NCBI RefSeq assembly: GCF_963921235.1
Contig: NC_086097.1
Location: 182,778,001 to 182,842,000 of the forward strand
Source: Mobula hypostoma
Lineage: Eukaryota
DNA length: 64,000 nucleotides
Direction: 5' to 3'
The notes beneath the pieces are model-generated. The model ran no database searches. It was not told the DNA's origin and saw only the letters and a list, made by a program, of their open reading frames with translations. The position numbers and the translations under genes were made by a program. Of the stretch, positions 1-12,500 are shown in pieces (within the stretch, counting starts at the first letter, position 1; every line of letters begins with the position of its first letter).

Positions 1-1059
1 CCTTCCTGTTCAGGTGCAACATTCTTTTGGGACGGTTTGCTAATGCTGCTTTGAGGGGTTTTAAAGGAGAGCTGCAGGGCGATGGGAGCCAGTGTGTTGG
101 GTCCAATAGTGAAATGGTTGTGAGGAAAGATGATGTTAAGCCCACATACAAAGACAGCAATCGAAATGCTGAGCATGGTAGGAATGTTCTGAATTGCACC
201 TATTTCAATGCAGGAGTATTGTAGGCAAGGCTGATGAGATGGAGCATGGATCAGCATGTGGAATTATGATATTTTAGTTATTCGAGAGATTTGCTTGTAG
301 GAGGGGCAGGACTGGAAGCTCAAGGTTCTGGGGTACTCTTGTTTTAGATGTGATAGAGCAGGAGGCATTAAAAGGGGGAGGGTTGGCATTAGTCAGAGAA
401 AACATGCGGTAGTGCTCAGATAGGACAGACTAGAAGGCACATTCACTGAAGCTACGTGAGTGGAACTGGGCAATAAGAAAGGGATGACCACATTCATGGG
501 ATTGTATTATAGCTCACCAAAAAGTCAGTGCAATTTGGAGCAGCAAATTTGTTGAGAGGTGGTAGACAATTGCAAGAAAAATAAGATGGTGATAGGTGAT
601 TTTAACTATCCACATTGACTGGGACTCCCATACTGTAAATGGACTAGACTGTCAAATGTACTCAGGAACGTTTTCTTAATCAATACAGTGCCTATAAAAA
701 GTTTTCAGCTTTCTTGTAAGTTCTCAAGTTTTATTGTTTTAAACATTGAATCAGAATGGATTCAATTGGCTTTTTTTGGTACTGGTCAACAGAAAAAGAC
801 TTTAGTGTTAAAATAAAAACAGATCTCAACAAAGTGATCTAAATTAATTACAAATATAAAACACAAAATAATTGATTGCATCAGTATTCACCCCCCCCCC
901 TTAATATGACACACCAATCATCTCTGGTGCAGCTAATTGGTTTTAGAAGTCACACAATAGGTTAAATAGATCACCTGTGTGCAGTCAAGGTGTTTTAATT
1001 GATTGTGGTAAAAATACACTTGTATCTGGAAAGTCCAACTGCTGGTGAATCAGTATCCT

Positions 1060-1208
1060 TTTTTTTTCATTTTTAAATTCTTTGTTAAAGATCAACAAAA
1101 AAATACATTAAGGTAATCAAGTCAATATGTACAATGAAGAATTAAATTTGCAACTAACTGATTAACAAAGCTAAGCAATATATCAATAATAAGAAGAAAA
1201 AAATAAAA
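1060..1208 (-). mobile_element. Short AT-rich retroposon 3' fragment inserted in the Tc1
   Basis: Starts with a T-run (poly-A on the minus strand). Flanked by TATCCT (1054-1059) and TATCTT (1209-1214). Confidence 0.5.
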
Positions 1209-2120
1209 TATCTTGGCAAAATCAACACCATGAAGACACAAGAACACTCCAAGCAACTCTACGAAAGGGTTATAGAAAAGCATAAGTCAGGAGATGAATA
1301 CAAGAATATTTCCTAGTCACTGAATATTCCTTGGAGTACAGTTAAATCAACCATCAAGAAATGGAAAGAATATGTCACAGTTGTAAATCTGTCTCAAACA
1401 GGCTGCCCTCAAAAACTGAGTGACCGTGCAAGAAGGGAACTAGTGAGGGAGGCCACCAATGACAAGTCTGGAGGGGTTACAAGCTTCAGGGGCTGAGATG
1501 GGAGAGACTGCACATACAACAACTGTTGCCTGGGTGCTTCACCAATCACAGCTTTATGGGATAGTGGCAAAGAGAATGTTATTTTTTTTGCCGGGGGGTG
1601 GGGGGAAGAAAAAAAACTCACATGACATCTCAGCTAGAGTTTGTCAGAAGGCAATGTGGGAGACTGAAGTCAGGTGGAAGAAGGTTTTATGGTCTGATGA
1701 AACCAAAACTGAGCTCTTGGCCATCAAACTAAATGCTATGTTTGGTGTAAGCCAAACACTGCACATGAACAATAACAACTATCCCAACCACGAAGCATGG
1801 AGGCGGCTGCATCGTGCTGTGGAGATGCTTCACTGCAGCAGGCCCTGGACAATGACCCCCAAACATAAAGCCAAAGCTACACAGGAATGGCTCAAAAGCA
1901 ACAAAGTTAATGTCCTGGAGTGGCCAAATCAGAGTCCAGACATCAATCCAATTGAGAATTTGTGGCTGGACCTGAAAGGCTGTTCATTCATGATCCCCAA
2001 GCAATTTGACAGAGTTTGAGCAGTTTTGTAAAGAAGAATGGGGGAAAAATTGTAAAGACTAAATGTGCAAAGCTGATAGAGACCTATCCACAAAGACCCG
2101 AGGGTGTAATTGCCAAAGGT

Positions 2121-2171
2121 CGTCATCGTCATCATCTGAACCCTTAGTGCCTAGGTGGCATATGGGGCCTC
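2121..2171 (-). mobile_element. 51-bp 5'-truncated RTE-like LINE tail inserted in the Tc1
   Basis: 13-bp near-perfect TSD AATTGCCAAAGGT (2108-2120) / AATTGCCATAGGT (2172-2184). (GAT)n-like tail on the minus strand. Confidence 0.6.
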
Positions 2172-5100
2172 AATTGCCATAGGTACATCTACTAAATACT
2201 GTCTTGAAGGGGGTGAGTAATTATGCAATCAATTATTAAACACAAAATAATTGTAATAAATTTAGACTAATTTGTGTCTTTTCTGTTGATCAGTGTCAAA
2301 AAACCCCCAATAAAACATGAAAACTTCTGGGGGTGGGGGTGGGGAGGGGGTAGTGAATACTTTATAGGCACCGTACATCGAAATCCCAACTAGAGTGTGA
2401 TATAGACTGTTAGCGGATTTGATTATGGAGCTTAAGACAAAGTAATGCTTAGAAGGCAGTGATTATAATTTGTTAGAATTCACCCTGCATCTGAAGGTGG
2501 GGGTGGGGAAGCTGAAGTCAGATTTATCAGTACAGTATTACAGGGCAGTAAAGAGAATTGTAGAGCCATGAAAGAGGAACTGACCAAAGTTGAGTAAAAC
2601 GGGACACTAGCAGGGATGATGACAGAACAGCAATGGCTGGTGTTTTGGGGGGAAATTCAGAAGGTATAGGATGGATATATACCAAAGAAGTAGTATTCTA
2701 AAGGCAGGATGGCACAACCATGACTGACAAGGGAAGTTTAAAAACAGCAAAAGGCAAAAGAGAGAGACCATATAATTGAGCAAAAATTGGTGGGAAGTTT
2801 GAGGATTGGAAAGTTTATTAAAAATAAATAAAAATAAACCAGAAGGCAACTATAAAAGCCATAAGGGGGAGAAGATGAAATATGAAGTTAAAGCCAATAA
2901 TATCAAAGAATATCAATTTTTTTCAGATTTGTATAGAATAAAAAAGGGGAGAAAATAGGTATTTTAGACCACTGGAAAATGATGCTGGTAAGGTCGTAAT
3001 GGGGGGGGGGGGCGGGTGGGACAAGGAAATGGTGGATGAAATAAGTGTATTGTGCATCCAGTAGAAAACACAAGCAGTTTGCTGGAGGTTCAAGCGTGTT
3101 GGGAGCAGAAGTGAGTGCAATTGCTATTACTAGGGAGAATATGGTTGGGAAGCTGAAAGGTCTAAAGGTGGATAAGTCACCTGGACCAGATAAACTATAC
3201 CCCAGGATTCTGAAAGAGATGATTGGGGAGATTGTGGCAATACTGTATAGGTAAAGATCTTTCAAGAATCACTAGGTTCTGGCATGGTTCCAAAGGACTG
3301 GAAAATTGCAAATGCCACTCTCCTCTTCAAGAGAGGAGGGAGGCAGAAGAAAGGAAACCATAGGCCAGTTAGCCTGACCTCAGTGGTTGGGAAGATGTTG
3401 TAGTTTATTGTTAAGGATGAGGTCTCAGGGTACTTGCAGGCAGATGTTTTTTTTTAAAAAAAGGCCAAAGTCAGCATAGTTCCCTTGAGGGAAAATCTTG
3501 CCTGACAAATCTTTTGGAGTTCTTTCATGAAGCAACATGCAGGATAGACAAAGGAGAATTAGTGGATGTTGTGTACTTGGATTTTCAGAAGGCCTTTGAC
3601 AAGGTGCCATACATGAGGCTGCTTAACAAGTTAACCCATGGTATTACAGGAAAGATTCTAGCATGGATGGAAGATTGGGTGATTGGCAGGAGGCAAGGAA
3701 TGGGCATAAAGGGAACCTTTTCTGGTTAGTTGCTAGTATCTAGTGGTGTTCCGTATGGTTCAGTGTTGGGACTGCTTTTTTTTTTACGTTGAATGTCAAT
3801 GATTTGGATGATTTAATTGGCTTTGTGGCAAGTTTGTGGATGACGAAAATGGATAGAGGGCCAGGTAGGAAGCAGGAAGACTGCAGAAGGACTTGGACCA
3901 ATTCGGAGACCAGGCAAAGAAGTGGCGGATGGAATACAGTGTTGGGAAGGGTATAGTAATGCACTTTGGTAGAAGAAATAAACGTGAAGACTATTTTCTA
4001 AATGGGTAGAAAATTCAAAACTCAGAGGTGCAAAGGGATTTGGGAGTCTTCATACAGGATTCCCTCAATGTTAACCTCTTGGTTGAGTTGGTGATGAGGA
4101 AGGCAAATGCAATGTTAGCATTTGTTGTGAGAGGACTAGAATATAAAAGCAAGATGTATTGCTGTGGTTTTATAAGGGACTGGTGAGGCCTCATTTAGAA
4201 TATTGTGAGCAGTTTGAGGCCTCTTATCTAAGAAAAAATGCTAAGAGAGGACACTTGAGAGGGTTCAGAGGAGGTTTATGAGAATGATTCCAGGAATGAA
4301 AGGGTTATTGAATTAGTGTTTGGCTCTGAGCCTGTACTTGCTGTAATTTAGAAGAATGGGGGGGGGGGAATATCATTGAAACCTGTTGAATGTTGAAAGG
4401 CTTAGATGGAGTGGATGTGGATTGGATGCTTCCTATAGCGGAGGAGTCCAGGACCAGAGGGCAGAGCCTCTGAATAGAGGGATACTCATTTGGAATGGAG
4501 ATGAGAAGGTGGTTAATCTGTGAAATTCGTTGCCACAGGCAGCTGAGGAGGTTAGGTCATTGGGCATATTGAGAGTGGAAATTGATGGGTTCTTCACTAG
4601 TCATTGTGTGAAAGGTTATGGGGAGAAGGCAAGAGAATGGGGTTGAGGGGAAATGGATCAGCCATGATGAAACAGCAGTGTAGACTCAATGGGCCAAATA
4701 GCCTAATTCTGCTCCTATCTCTTGTGGTCTTCTGGACCAATCCCATCTTGCTCCATATCTTGAAATTATTAGAATTATGGTCACTACAACGTACTCCAGT
4801 GACTCAACAGCCCAAGTCTCATTTTCTAGTAGGAATTTGAGTGTAGCCCTTTTTCTAAATGGTGCCTTGTAATTTCAGAAAACTTCATTTCTGCCCATCA
4901 AATTCTCTAGTGCATTGTTGGCTGTCCCTGTTGATGTTAGGGAATTTAAAATCATCAACTTGAACAACTTGCATTTCTGTTCTCCCTCCCCCTACATATT
5001 TGCTCCTCTATTACTTATTATTGGTGGAAGGAGGCTGTAGTCGAGTCCCATCCATATAATCGCTCCCTTCTTATTTCTGATTTTTATCCATGCAGCTGTG

Positions 5101-5505
5101 CTAGACACTCCCCCAGGAATGTCCTCTTTAAATGTTGCTGTGATGGTCGCATGAATCAATGGTGCCCCAACCTCCTCAATTCACAGATGGTGATAAATCT
5201 CTGGAATTCCCTGCCAGGAGGCTGGTGGATCATTGGGGTGAGTTGAAGAGCAGGTGGGTAGAGTTAGGAAGGTCAGGGAATTGCGGTCACAGAGGAGGCA
5301 GATAAAAACTGATGGTTCGTGGTTGGGCAGCGTGGTCTCCTGTTTCCATGTGTTCCCATTCTCCTGTCTATAGATTGCTCCAGTCCTACTCCTTGCTCTT
5401 CCTCTGGCCAGTTCCCTATCTGCATCCAGTGCTGACCCCTCTCCTGATCTGTAGTGTACACCTCTCTCTTCCCCTCTCCACCTGAGCTCCCTGTTCTTCC
5501 CACAG

Positions 5506-5641
5506 GTACAAGAAGTATCGGATTCGGTGCCCAAAGTGCTGGCACATTCCCAAGAAAGAGGGCAAATATTTTGTCCGTTGCCTACGGTGTGGGGACCCCC
5601 TTCGACTGCTCCTGAATGCAAGAAAGGGGACGAACTGCTGA
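5506..5641 (+). CDS. Candidate terminal coding exon of an unidentified upstream gene; CxxC-x13-CxxC zinc-ribbon-like C-terminus
   Basis: Polypyrimidine tract plus CACAG acceptor (5501-5505). Reads YKKYRIRCPKCWHIPKKEGKYFVRCLRCGDPLRLLLNARKGTNC* (TGA 5639-5641). CpG-containing codons; AATAAA at 5992-5997. No upstream exon found in the window. Confidence 0.5.
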
Positions 5642-6719
5642 TGGCCAAGGATGCAGATGGGAGAAGAGATGTGTCTGGAAGCGAACTCCTTGTCACCCCT
5701 CCCCCCCCCGCCAGAGTTGGTGTGAAAATGGATTGCAACAATACTGTTTCTATTTAATGTTGGGAGCAGGTGGTGTGTCTGTCATGGGGGAGGAGAGACT
5801 TCATCACTGCTGTAATGGTGGGATTCTATTCCCTGTTGTAGAGTGCTCTCCATGCATTTGCACGGTGACCCCGTACATCGTGACTTCCCGTAGTGGGCTC
5901 TGTCGATAGTGTTTTGGTGGGGCATTTGATGGATGTCACAGGGCTTGCCTGTTTCTGTAATATTGGATTTGCTTGTGGTTCACTATGTCTCAATAAAATA
6001 CCTCCCGACTTGGGCTGAAATTCAGCATCCCAGAGAAGCATCTCACTGTATTTGTACCCACCTCTGTCACATGCTCGCACGCACCTCGATAGGATGATGG
6101 GGGCACTGGAGAAAACAGTTGTGGAAGTTGTTGATATTTTCATATTCATACAGCAAGAGAACAAGCCCTTTGGCTCAACTCATCCACACTGGCTGTGTTG
6201 CCCAGAGAACTAGTCCCATCTGCCTGTGTTTGATCCACAGCCCTCTATCCCTCTCCCAGCCCTGTACTTACTGAGGCTTTTAAATGTTGCTACTGTGCTG
6301 CCTTAGCCAGTATTTCTGACAGCTCATTCCAAATATTCACCACCCATTGTGTGAAAAAGCTGCCCCCGATGTCCCTTTAAATCTCTCACCTGTGCCCCCT
6401 TGTGTCAGCACCCCTCCCTGGGGATAAAGCCTGCTTTCTCCCTGTCTGTGTTCCCCATAATCTTATATACAGCACCTCTATAAAGTCACCCCGCAATCCC
6501 CTACATTCCAGGGATTGAAGTCCTAGTACACAACCTCCTGCAAGTCCAGGCAACATCCTGGTAACTCTTTTCTACATTCTGGCTAATTAATAACATTGTT
6601 CTTCTGACAGGGTATTCAAAACTGCATGTGGTACTCTCAGCGCAGTATCAACGATATCAACTATAACTGCGTCGTAACTTCCCAATCCCTATACTCAGCA
6701 AAACCATCTTGCCAAATGC

Positions 6720-7370
6720 CTCCGGCAGGCCACATTCATATGCCCCTAGGACCCTGTTTCGGGTAGAGAACCTACATAGGGACGGGGTGGAGAAAGTACT
6801 GGCTCGCTCTATGTCCCTCTGCCAGATGAGGCGAGCGCCGGAGTCGCACCTTTTATCCGGGGCTAGTCATCGGTCACGAGTCCTTCCAGGGTCCGACCTC
6901 CCTCACAGCCAAGGGGCGGTCACTGACAAGCTCAGGAGGTCGGACATGAGGGATTTGGCAACGTGACCCCGCCTATCTCCCCCCCTCCCCACCTCTCGCA
7001 CATGCATACCCCGTCTCCCCCCTCCTTCTCGTTTCCCATCCCTCACCTTCCCCCACCAGCTTTGGTCGAACACTGTCAGGGGTAACAGCTGGAGCCCATT
7101 GTGTGTTGAGCGGGTCTCCGGGACGGGACGGAAGCTGCCGACCCGGATCCGACCACTAATCCCCTTAGTCCGGCCGCCGCTCCAATGAGCCGGGACCCAG
7201 CTGTGTTCACCCTGTGGCGGGACACGTCCTATCGCCGCAACAGCTGAGCATAGCCGCGTTATAAAGCAGAGAGCGGCCAGCAGAGTACAGTCCGGGCGGG
7301 ACCGCGTCTCAGGTCAGACCACTCAACCCCTTTCCTCACCCGCTTGCTTCAAACGCCCCGACGCCCTTTC
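6720..7370. promoter_or_regulatory. CpG island / putative SSPO promoter
   Basis: CpG density is high relative to the flanks. GC boxes (6913-6919, 6967-6973), CCAAT 7182-7186, TATAAA 7260-7265, TAATCC 7157-7162, and CAGCTG E-boxes at 7086, 7198 and 7241. Confidence 0.7.
7289..7312 (+). other. SSPO: Putative non-coding first exon of SSPO
   Basis: Initiator-like CA 29 nt after the TATA box. CAG|GTCAGA donor at 7312/7313; GTCAG donors are also used by three SSPO coding exons here. The ATG-containing exon has its own acceptor at 34884. Confidence 0.5.
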
Positions 7371-7549
7371 CCCCTCTCCCAACCTCACTTCCAACTCATC
7401 CACCCTCCCTTCTCATCACTCCCGCTCCCTACTTCACTCTTCCATCCACCTCCATCTCTCTCCCAGCTTCGCACTCTCAACCCCTTTGCTCGCTTTATCT
7501 CTCACAGCTGTGCTCTCTAACAGCGCACCCTCTCTCCCCAACCCTCCAC

Positions 7550-7685
7550 AAACCTTATTTCTGGCCTTTGCCCCTTCCTTTCTAATACTGAAGGAGGGTC
7601 TCAAGCAGAAATGTCAATTATTCATTCCTCTCCATAGATGCTGTAAGATCTGCTGAGTTCCTCTAGAGTTTTGTGTGTGTTGCTC
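7550..7685 (+). mobile_element. Decayed Penelope-type / hammerhead-motif short element (copy a), left flank of the CT satellite
   Basis: CTGAAGGAGGGTCTC...GAAATGTC...CCATAGATGCTG...CTGCTGAGTTCCTCTAG...TTTTGTGTGTGTTGC is homologous to the copies at 34200, 41909, 46997 and 54846. Confidence 0.75.
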
Positions 7686-7695
7686 TCCCATACCG

Positions 7696-9467
7696 GCTCT
7701 CTCCATGTCTCCCTCCCTCTCTCCCCCGTCTCCCTCCCTCTCTCCCCGTCTCCCTCCCTCTCTCTCCATGTCTCCCTCCCTCTCTCTCCATGTCTCCCTC
7801 TCTCTCTCCCCATCTCCCTCCCTCTCTCCCCATCTCCCTCCCTCTCTCTCCATCTCCCTCCCTCTCTCTCCATGTCTCCCTCCCTCTCTCCCCTGTCTCC
7901 CTCCCTCTCTCCATGTCTCCCTCCCTCTCTCCCCTGTCTCCCTCCCTCTCTCCCCATCTCCCTTTCTCTCTCCCCTGTCTCCCTCCCTCTCTCCCCGTCT
8001 CCCTCCCTCTCTCCCCTGTCTCCCCCTCCCCTTCTCCCTCTCTCCTCCTTCTCTCTCTCTCCCCCTTCTCCCTCTCTCCCCTTCTCCCTCTCTCTCCCCC
8101 TTCTCCCTCTCTCTCTCCATGTCTCCCTCTCTCCCCTGTCTACCTCCCTCTCTCCCTGTCTCCCTCCCTCTCTACCCCGTCTCCCTCCCTCGCTTCCTCC
8201 CCCTCTCCCTCTCTACCCCGTCTCCCTCCCTCGCTTCCTCCCCCTCTCCCTCTCTCTCTCCCCCATCTCCCTCCCTTGCTCTCTCTCCCCGTCACCCTCC
8301 CTCGCTCTCTCTCCCCATCTCCCTCCCTCCCTCTCTCTCCCCGTCTCCCTCCCTCTCTCTCCCCGTCTCCCTCCCTCTCTCTCTCCTCCCCCTCTCTCTA
8401 TCCCTGTCTCCCTCTCGCTCTCTCCTCTCTCTCCCCCTCTCTCCCCCTCTCTCCCCCTCTCTCCCCCTCTCTCCCCCTCTCTCCCCCTCTCTCCCCCTCT
8501 CTCCCCCTCTCTCCCCCTCTCTCCCCCTCTCTCCCCGTCTACCCCCCTCTCTCCCCGTCTCCCTCTCTCCCTCTCTCTCCCCATCTCTCTCCCCATCTCT
8601 CTCCCCATCTCTCTCCCCATCTCTCTCCCCATCTCTCTCCCCATCTCTCTCTCCCCGTCTCTCTCTCCCTGTCTCCCTCTCTCTCTCCCCATCTACCCGT
8701 TCTCCCTCTCTCCCCGTCTCCCCATCTCCCTCTCTCCCCGTCTCCCCCCCTCTCTCTCCCCCATCTCCCCTCTCTCTCTCTCCCTCTCTCTCCCCTGTCT
8801 CCCCCTCTCTCTCCACTGTCTCCCCCTCTCTCTCTCCCCGTCTCCCCCTCTCTCTCTCCCTCCCCATCTCCCTCCCTCTCTCTCTCTTCCCCATCTCCCT
8901 CCCTTGCTCTCCCCCGTCTCCCCCCTCTCTCTCCCCGTCTCCCTCCCTCCCTCTCTCACCTGTCTCCCCCCTCACCCGTCTCCCCCCTCACCCGTCTCCC
9001 CCCTCACCCGTCTCCCCCCTCACCCGTCTCCCCCCCTCTCCCCGTCTCTCTCTCTCCCCGTCTCTCTCTCTCCCCGTCTCTCTCTCTCCCCGTCTCTCTC
9101 TCCCCCGTCTCCCCGTCTCTCTCTCCCGCCGTCTCCCCCTCTCTCACCCCCTGTCTCCCCCCTCTCTCTCTCCCCATCTCTCTCCCCGTCTCCCCCCTCT
9201 CTCTCTCTCTCTCCCTCTCTCTCTCTCTCTCAATCATCTCCCTCTCCCTCTCTCTCTCCCCGTCTCCCTCCCTCTCTCTCTCCCCCGTCTCTCCCTCTCT
9301 CTCCCCGTCTCTCCCTCTCTCTCCCCGTCTCTCTCTCTCTCCCCGTCTCTCTCTCTCTCCCCGTCTCTCTCTCTCTCCCTCTCCCCGTCTCTCTCTCTCT
9401 CTCCCGTCTCTCTCTCCCTCTCCCCGTCTCTCTCTCTCTCTCTCTCTCTCCCCGTCTCTCTCTCTCT

Positions 9468-9506
<39 letters not shown>

Positions 9507-12500
9507 CGTCTCTCTCTCTCTCTCCCCGTCTCTCTCTCTCTCCCCGTCTCTCTCTCTCTCTCCCCCGTCTCTCTCTCTCTCCCCGTCTCTCTCTCTCCCC
9601 GTCTGTCTCTCTCCCCTGTCTCTCTCTCTCCACGTCTCCCCTCTTTCTCTCCCTTCCCCGTCTCCCTCCCTCTCTCCCTTCCCCGTCTCCCTCCCTCTCT
9701 CTCCCCGTCTGTCCCCCCTCTCTCCCCATCTCCCCCTCTCTCTCTCCCCCATCTCCCCCTCTCTCTCTCCCCATCTCCCCCTCTCTCTCTCCCTCCCCAT
9801 CTCCCTCCCTCTCTCTCTTCCCCGTCTCCCTCCCTTGCTCTCCCCCGCTCTCCCCCTCTCTCTCCCCATCTCCCTCCCTCCCTCTCTCTCTCCCCGTCTC
9901 TCTCTCTCCCCGTCTTTCTTTCTCCCCATCTGCCCCTCTCTCTCCCCCGTCTCCCCCTCTCTCTCCCCTGTCCCCCCCTCTCACCCCCCGTCTCCCCCCT
10001 CTCTCTCTCTCCCCCCTCTCTCTCTCTCCCCCCTCTCTCTCTCTCCCCCCTCTCTCTCTCTCCCCCCTCTCTCTCTCCCCCCATCTCTCCCCCCATCTCT
10101 CCCCCCATCTCTCCCCCCATCTCTCCCCCCATCTCTCCCCCCATCTCTACCCCCCATCTCTCCCCCCCATCTCTCCCCCCCATCTCTCCCCCCCATCTCT
10201 CCCCCATCTCTCCCCCCATCTCTCCCCCATCTCTCCCCCCATCTCTCCCCCCATCTCTCCCCCCATCTCTCCCCCCCATCTCTCCCCCCCATCTCTCCCC
10301 CCCATCTCTCCCCCCATCTCTCCCCCCCATCTCTCCCCCCATCTCTCCCCCCATCTCTCCCCCCCATCTCTCCCCCCGTCTCCCCCTCCCTCTCCCCCTC
10401 CCTCTCCCCCTCCCTCTCCCCCTCCCTCTCCCCCTCCCTCTCCCCCTCCCTCTCCCCCTCCCTCTCCCCCTCCCTCTCCCCCTCCCTCTCCCCCTCCCTC
10501 TCCCCCTCCCTCTCTCTCCCCCTCTCTCTCCCCCTCTCTCTCCCCCTCTCTCTCCCCCTCTCTCTCCCCCTCTCTCTCCCCCTCTCTCTCCCCCTCTCTC
10601 TCCCCCTCTCTCTCCCCCTCTCTCCCTCTCTCCCCCCTCTCTCCCCCTCTCTCCCCCCTCTCCCCCCTCTCTCCTCCCTCTCTCCCCCCTCTCTCCCCCC
10701 CTCTCTCTCCCCCTCTCTCCCCGTCTCCCCCCTCTCTCAATCATCTCCCTCTCCCCGTCTCTCTCCCCCTCTCTCTCCCCCTCTCTCTCCCCCTCTCTCT
10801 CCCCCTCTCTCTCCCCCTCTCTCTCCCCCTCTCTCTCCCCCTCTCCCTCCCCCTCTCCCTCCCCCTCTCCCTCCCCCTCTCCCTCCCCCTCTCCCTCCCC
10901 CTCCCCCGTCTCTCCCCGTCTCTCTCTCCCCCCGTCTCTCTCTCTACCCCCGTCTCTCTCTCTCTCCCCGTCTCTCTCTCTCTCCCCCATCTCTCTCTCC
11001 CCGTCTCCCTCCCTCTCTCTCCCTTCCCCGTCTCCCTCCCTTGCTCTCCCCGTCTCCCCCCTCTCTCTCCCCCATTACCCTCCCTCCCTCTCTCACCCGT
11101 CTCCCCCCCTCTCTCTCTCTCTCCCTCTCTCCCTCCCTCTCTCTCACCATCTCTCCCCCCTCTCTCCCCCGATCTCCCCCTCTCTCTCTCCCCGTCTCCC
11201 CATTCTCCCTCTCTCCCCGTCTCCCCCTCTCTCTCTCTCCCCCATCTCCCCGTCTCCCCCTCTCTCTCCCCCGTCTCCCCCTCTCTCACCCCCGTCTCCC
11301 CCCTCTCTCTCTCTCCCCCATCTCTCTCCCCCATCTCTCTCCCCCATCTCTCTCCCCCATCTCTCTCCCCATCTCTCTCCCCCATCTCTCTCCCCCATCT
11401 CTCTCCCCATCTCTCTCTCTCCCCGTCTCCCCCTCCCTCTCTCTCTGCCCGTCTCCCCACCCTCTCTCTCTCTCAATCATCTCCCTCTCCCCCTCTCTCT
11501 CTCCGTCTCCCTCCCCCTCCCTCTCCCCGTCTCCCCCTCCCTCTCCCCGTCTCCCCCTCCCTCTCCCCGTCTCCCCCTCCCTCTCCCCGTCACCCCCTCT
11601 CTCTCCCCCTCTCTCTCCCCCTCTCTCTCCCCCTCTCTCTCCCCCTCTCTCTCCCCGTCTCACCCTCCCTCTCTCTCCCCGTCTCCCCCCCTCTCTCAAT
11701 CATCTCCCTCTCCCCGTCTCTCTCCCCGTCTCTCTCCCCGTCTCTCTCCCCGTCTCTCTCCCCGTCTCTCTCCCCCTCTCTCTCCCCCTCTCTCTCCCCC
11801 TCTCCCTCCCCCTCTCCCTCCCCCTCTCCCTCCCCCGTCTCCCTCTCCCCCATCTCCCTCTCCCCCGTCTCCCCCTCTCTCTCTCCCTCCCCATCTCCCT
11901 CCCTCTCTCTCTCTTCCCCATCTCCCTCCCTTGCTCTCCCCCGTCTCCCCCCTCTCTCTCCCCGTCTCCCTCCCTCCCTCTCTCACCTGTCTCCCCCCTC
12001 ACCCGTCTCCCCCCTCACCCGTCTCCCCCCTCACCCGTCTCCCCCCTCACCCGTCTCCCCCCTCACCCGTCTCTCTCTCTCCCCGTCTCTCTCTCTCCCC
12101 ATCTCTCTCTCTCCCCGTCTCTCTCTCTCCCCGTCTCTCTCTCTCCCGTCTCCCCGTCTCTCTCTCCCGCCGTCTCCCCCTCTCTCTCCCGCCGTCTCCC
12201 CCTCTCTCACCCCCTGTCTCCCCCCTCTCTCTCTCCCCATCTCTCTCCCCGTCTCCCCCCCTCTCTCTCTCTCTCTCCCTCTCTCTCTCTCTCAATCATC
12301 CCCCTCTCCCTCTCTCTCTCCCCGTCTCCCTCCCTCTCTCTCTCCCCCGTCTCTCCCTCTCTCTCCCCGTCTCTCCCTCTCTCTCCCCGTCTCTCCCTCT
12401 CTCTCCCCGTCTCTCCCTCTCTCTCCCCGTCTCTCTCTCTCTCCCCGTCTCTCTCTCTCTCCCCCTCTCTCTCTCTCTCTCTCTCTCTCTCCCCGTCTCT

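Larger units (their letters stand above)
686..2373 (+). mobile_element. Tc1/mariner DNA transposon with defective transposase
   Basis: TA at 684-685 and 2374-2375. Termini CAGTGCCTATAAA and TTTATAGGCACCG, with long imperfect inverted repeats. Transposase remnants from ATG 1230 (MKTQEHSKQL...IPWSTVKSTIKKWKEY), plus [11 protein letters not shown] and [17 protein letters not shown]. Confidence 0.93.
1..4735 (+). mobile_element. Degraded CR1-like LINE (endonuclease and RT remnants), interrupted by a Tc1 element at 686-2373
   Basis: Fragmentary frames give VDKSPGPDKLYPRILKE (3045-3254) and VDVVYLDFQKAFDKVP (3514-3729). FLNQY|IEIPTR reads across the Tc1 insertion site. Many stops and frameshifts; may be a composite of two subfamilies. 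Confidence 0.85.

Noticed and set aside
5181..6164. Listed ORFs of 76-186 aa around 5.2-6.1 kb
   Set aside because: They have no recognisable motifs. The only frame with splice and motif support is the unlisted one at 5507-5641.
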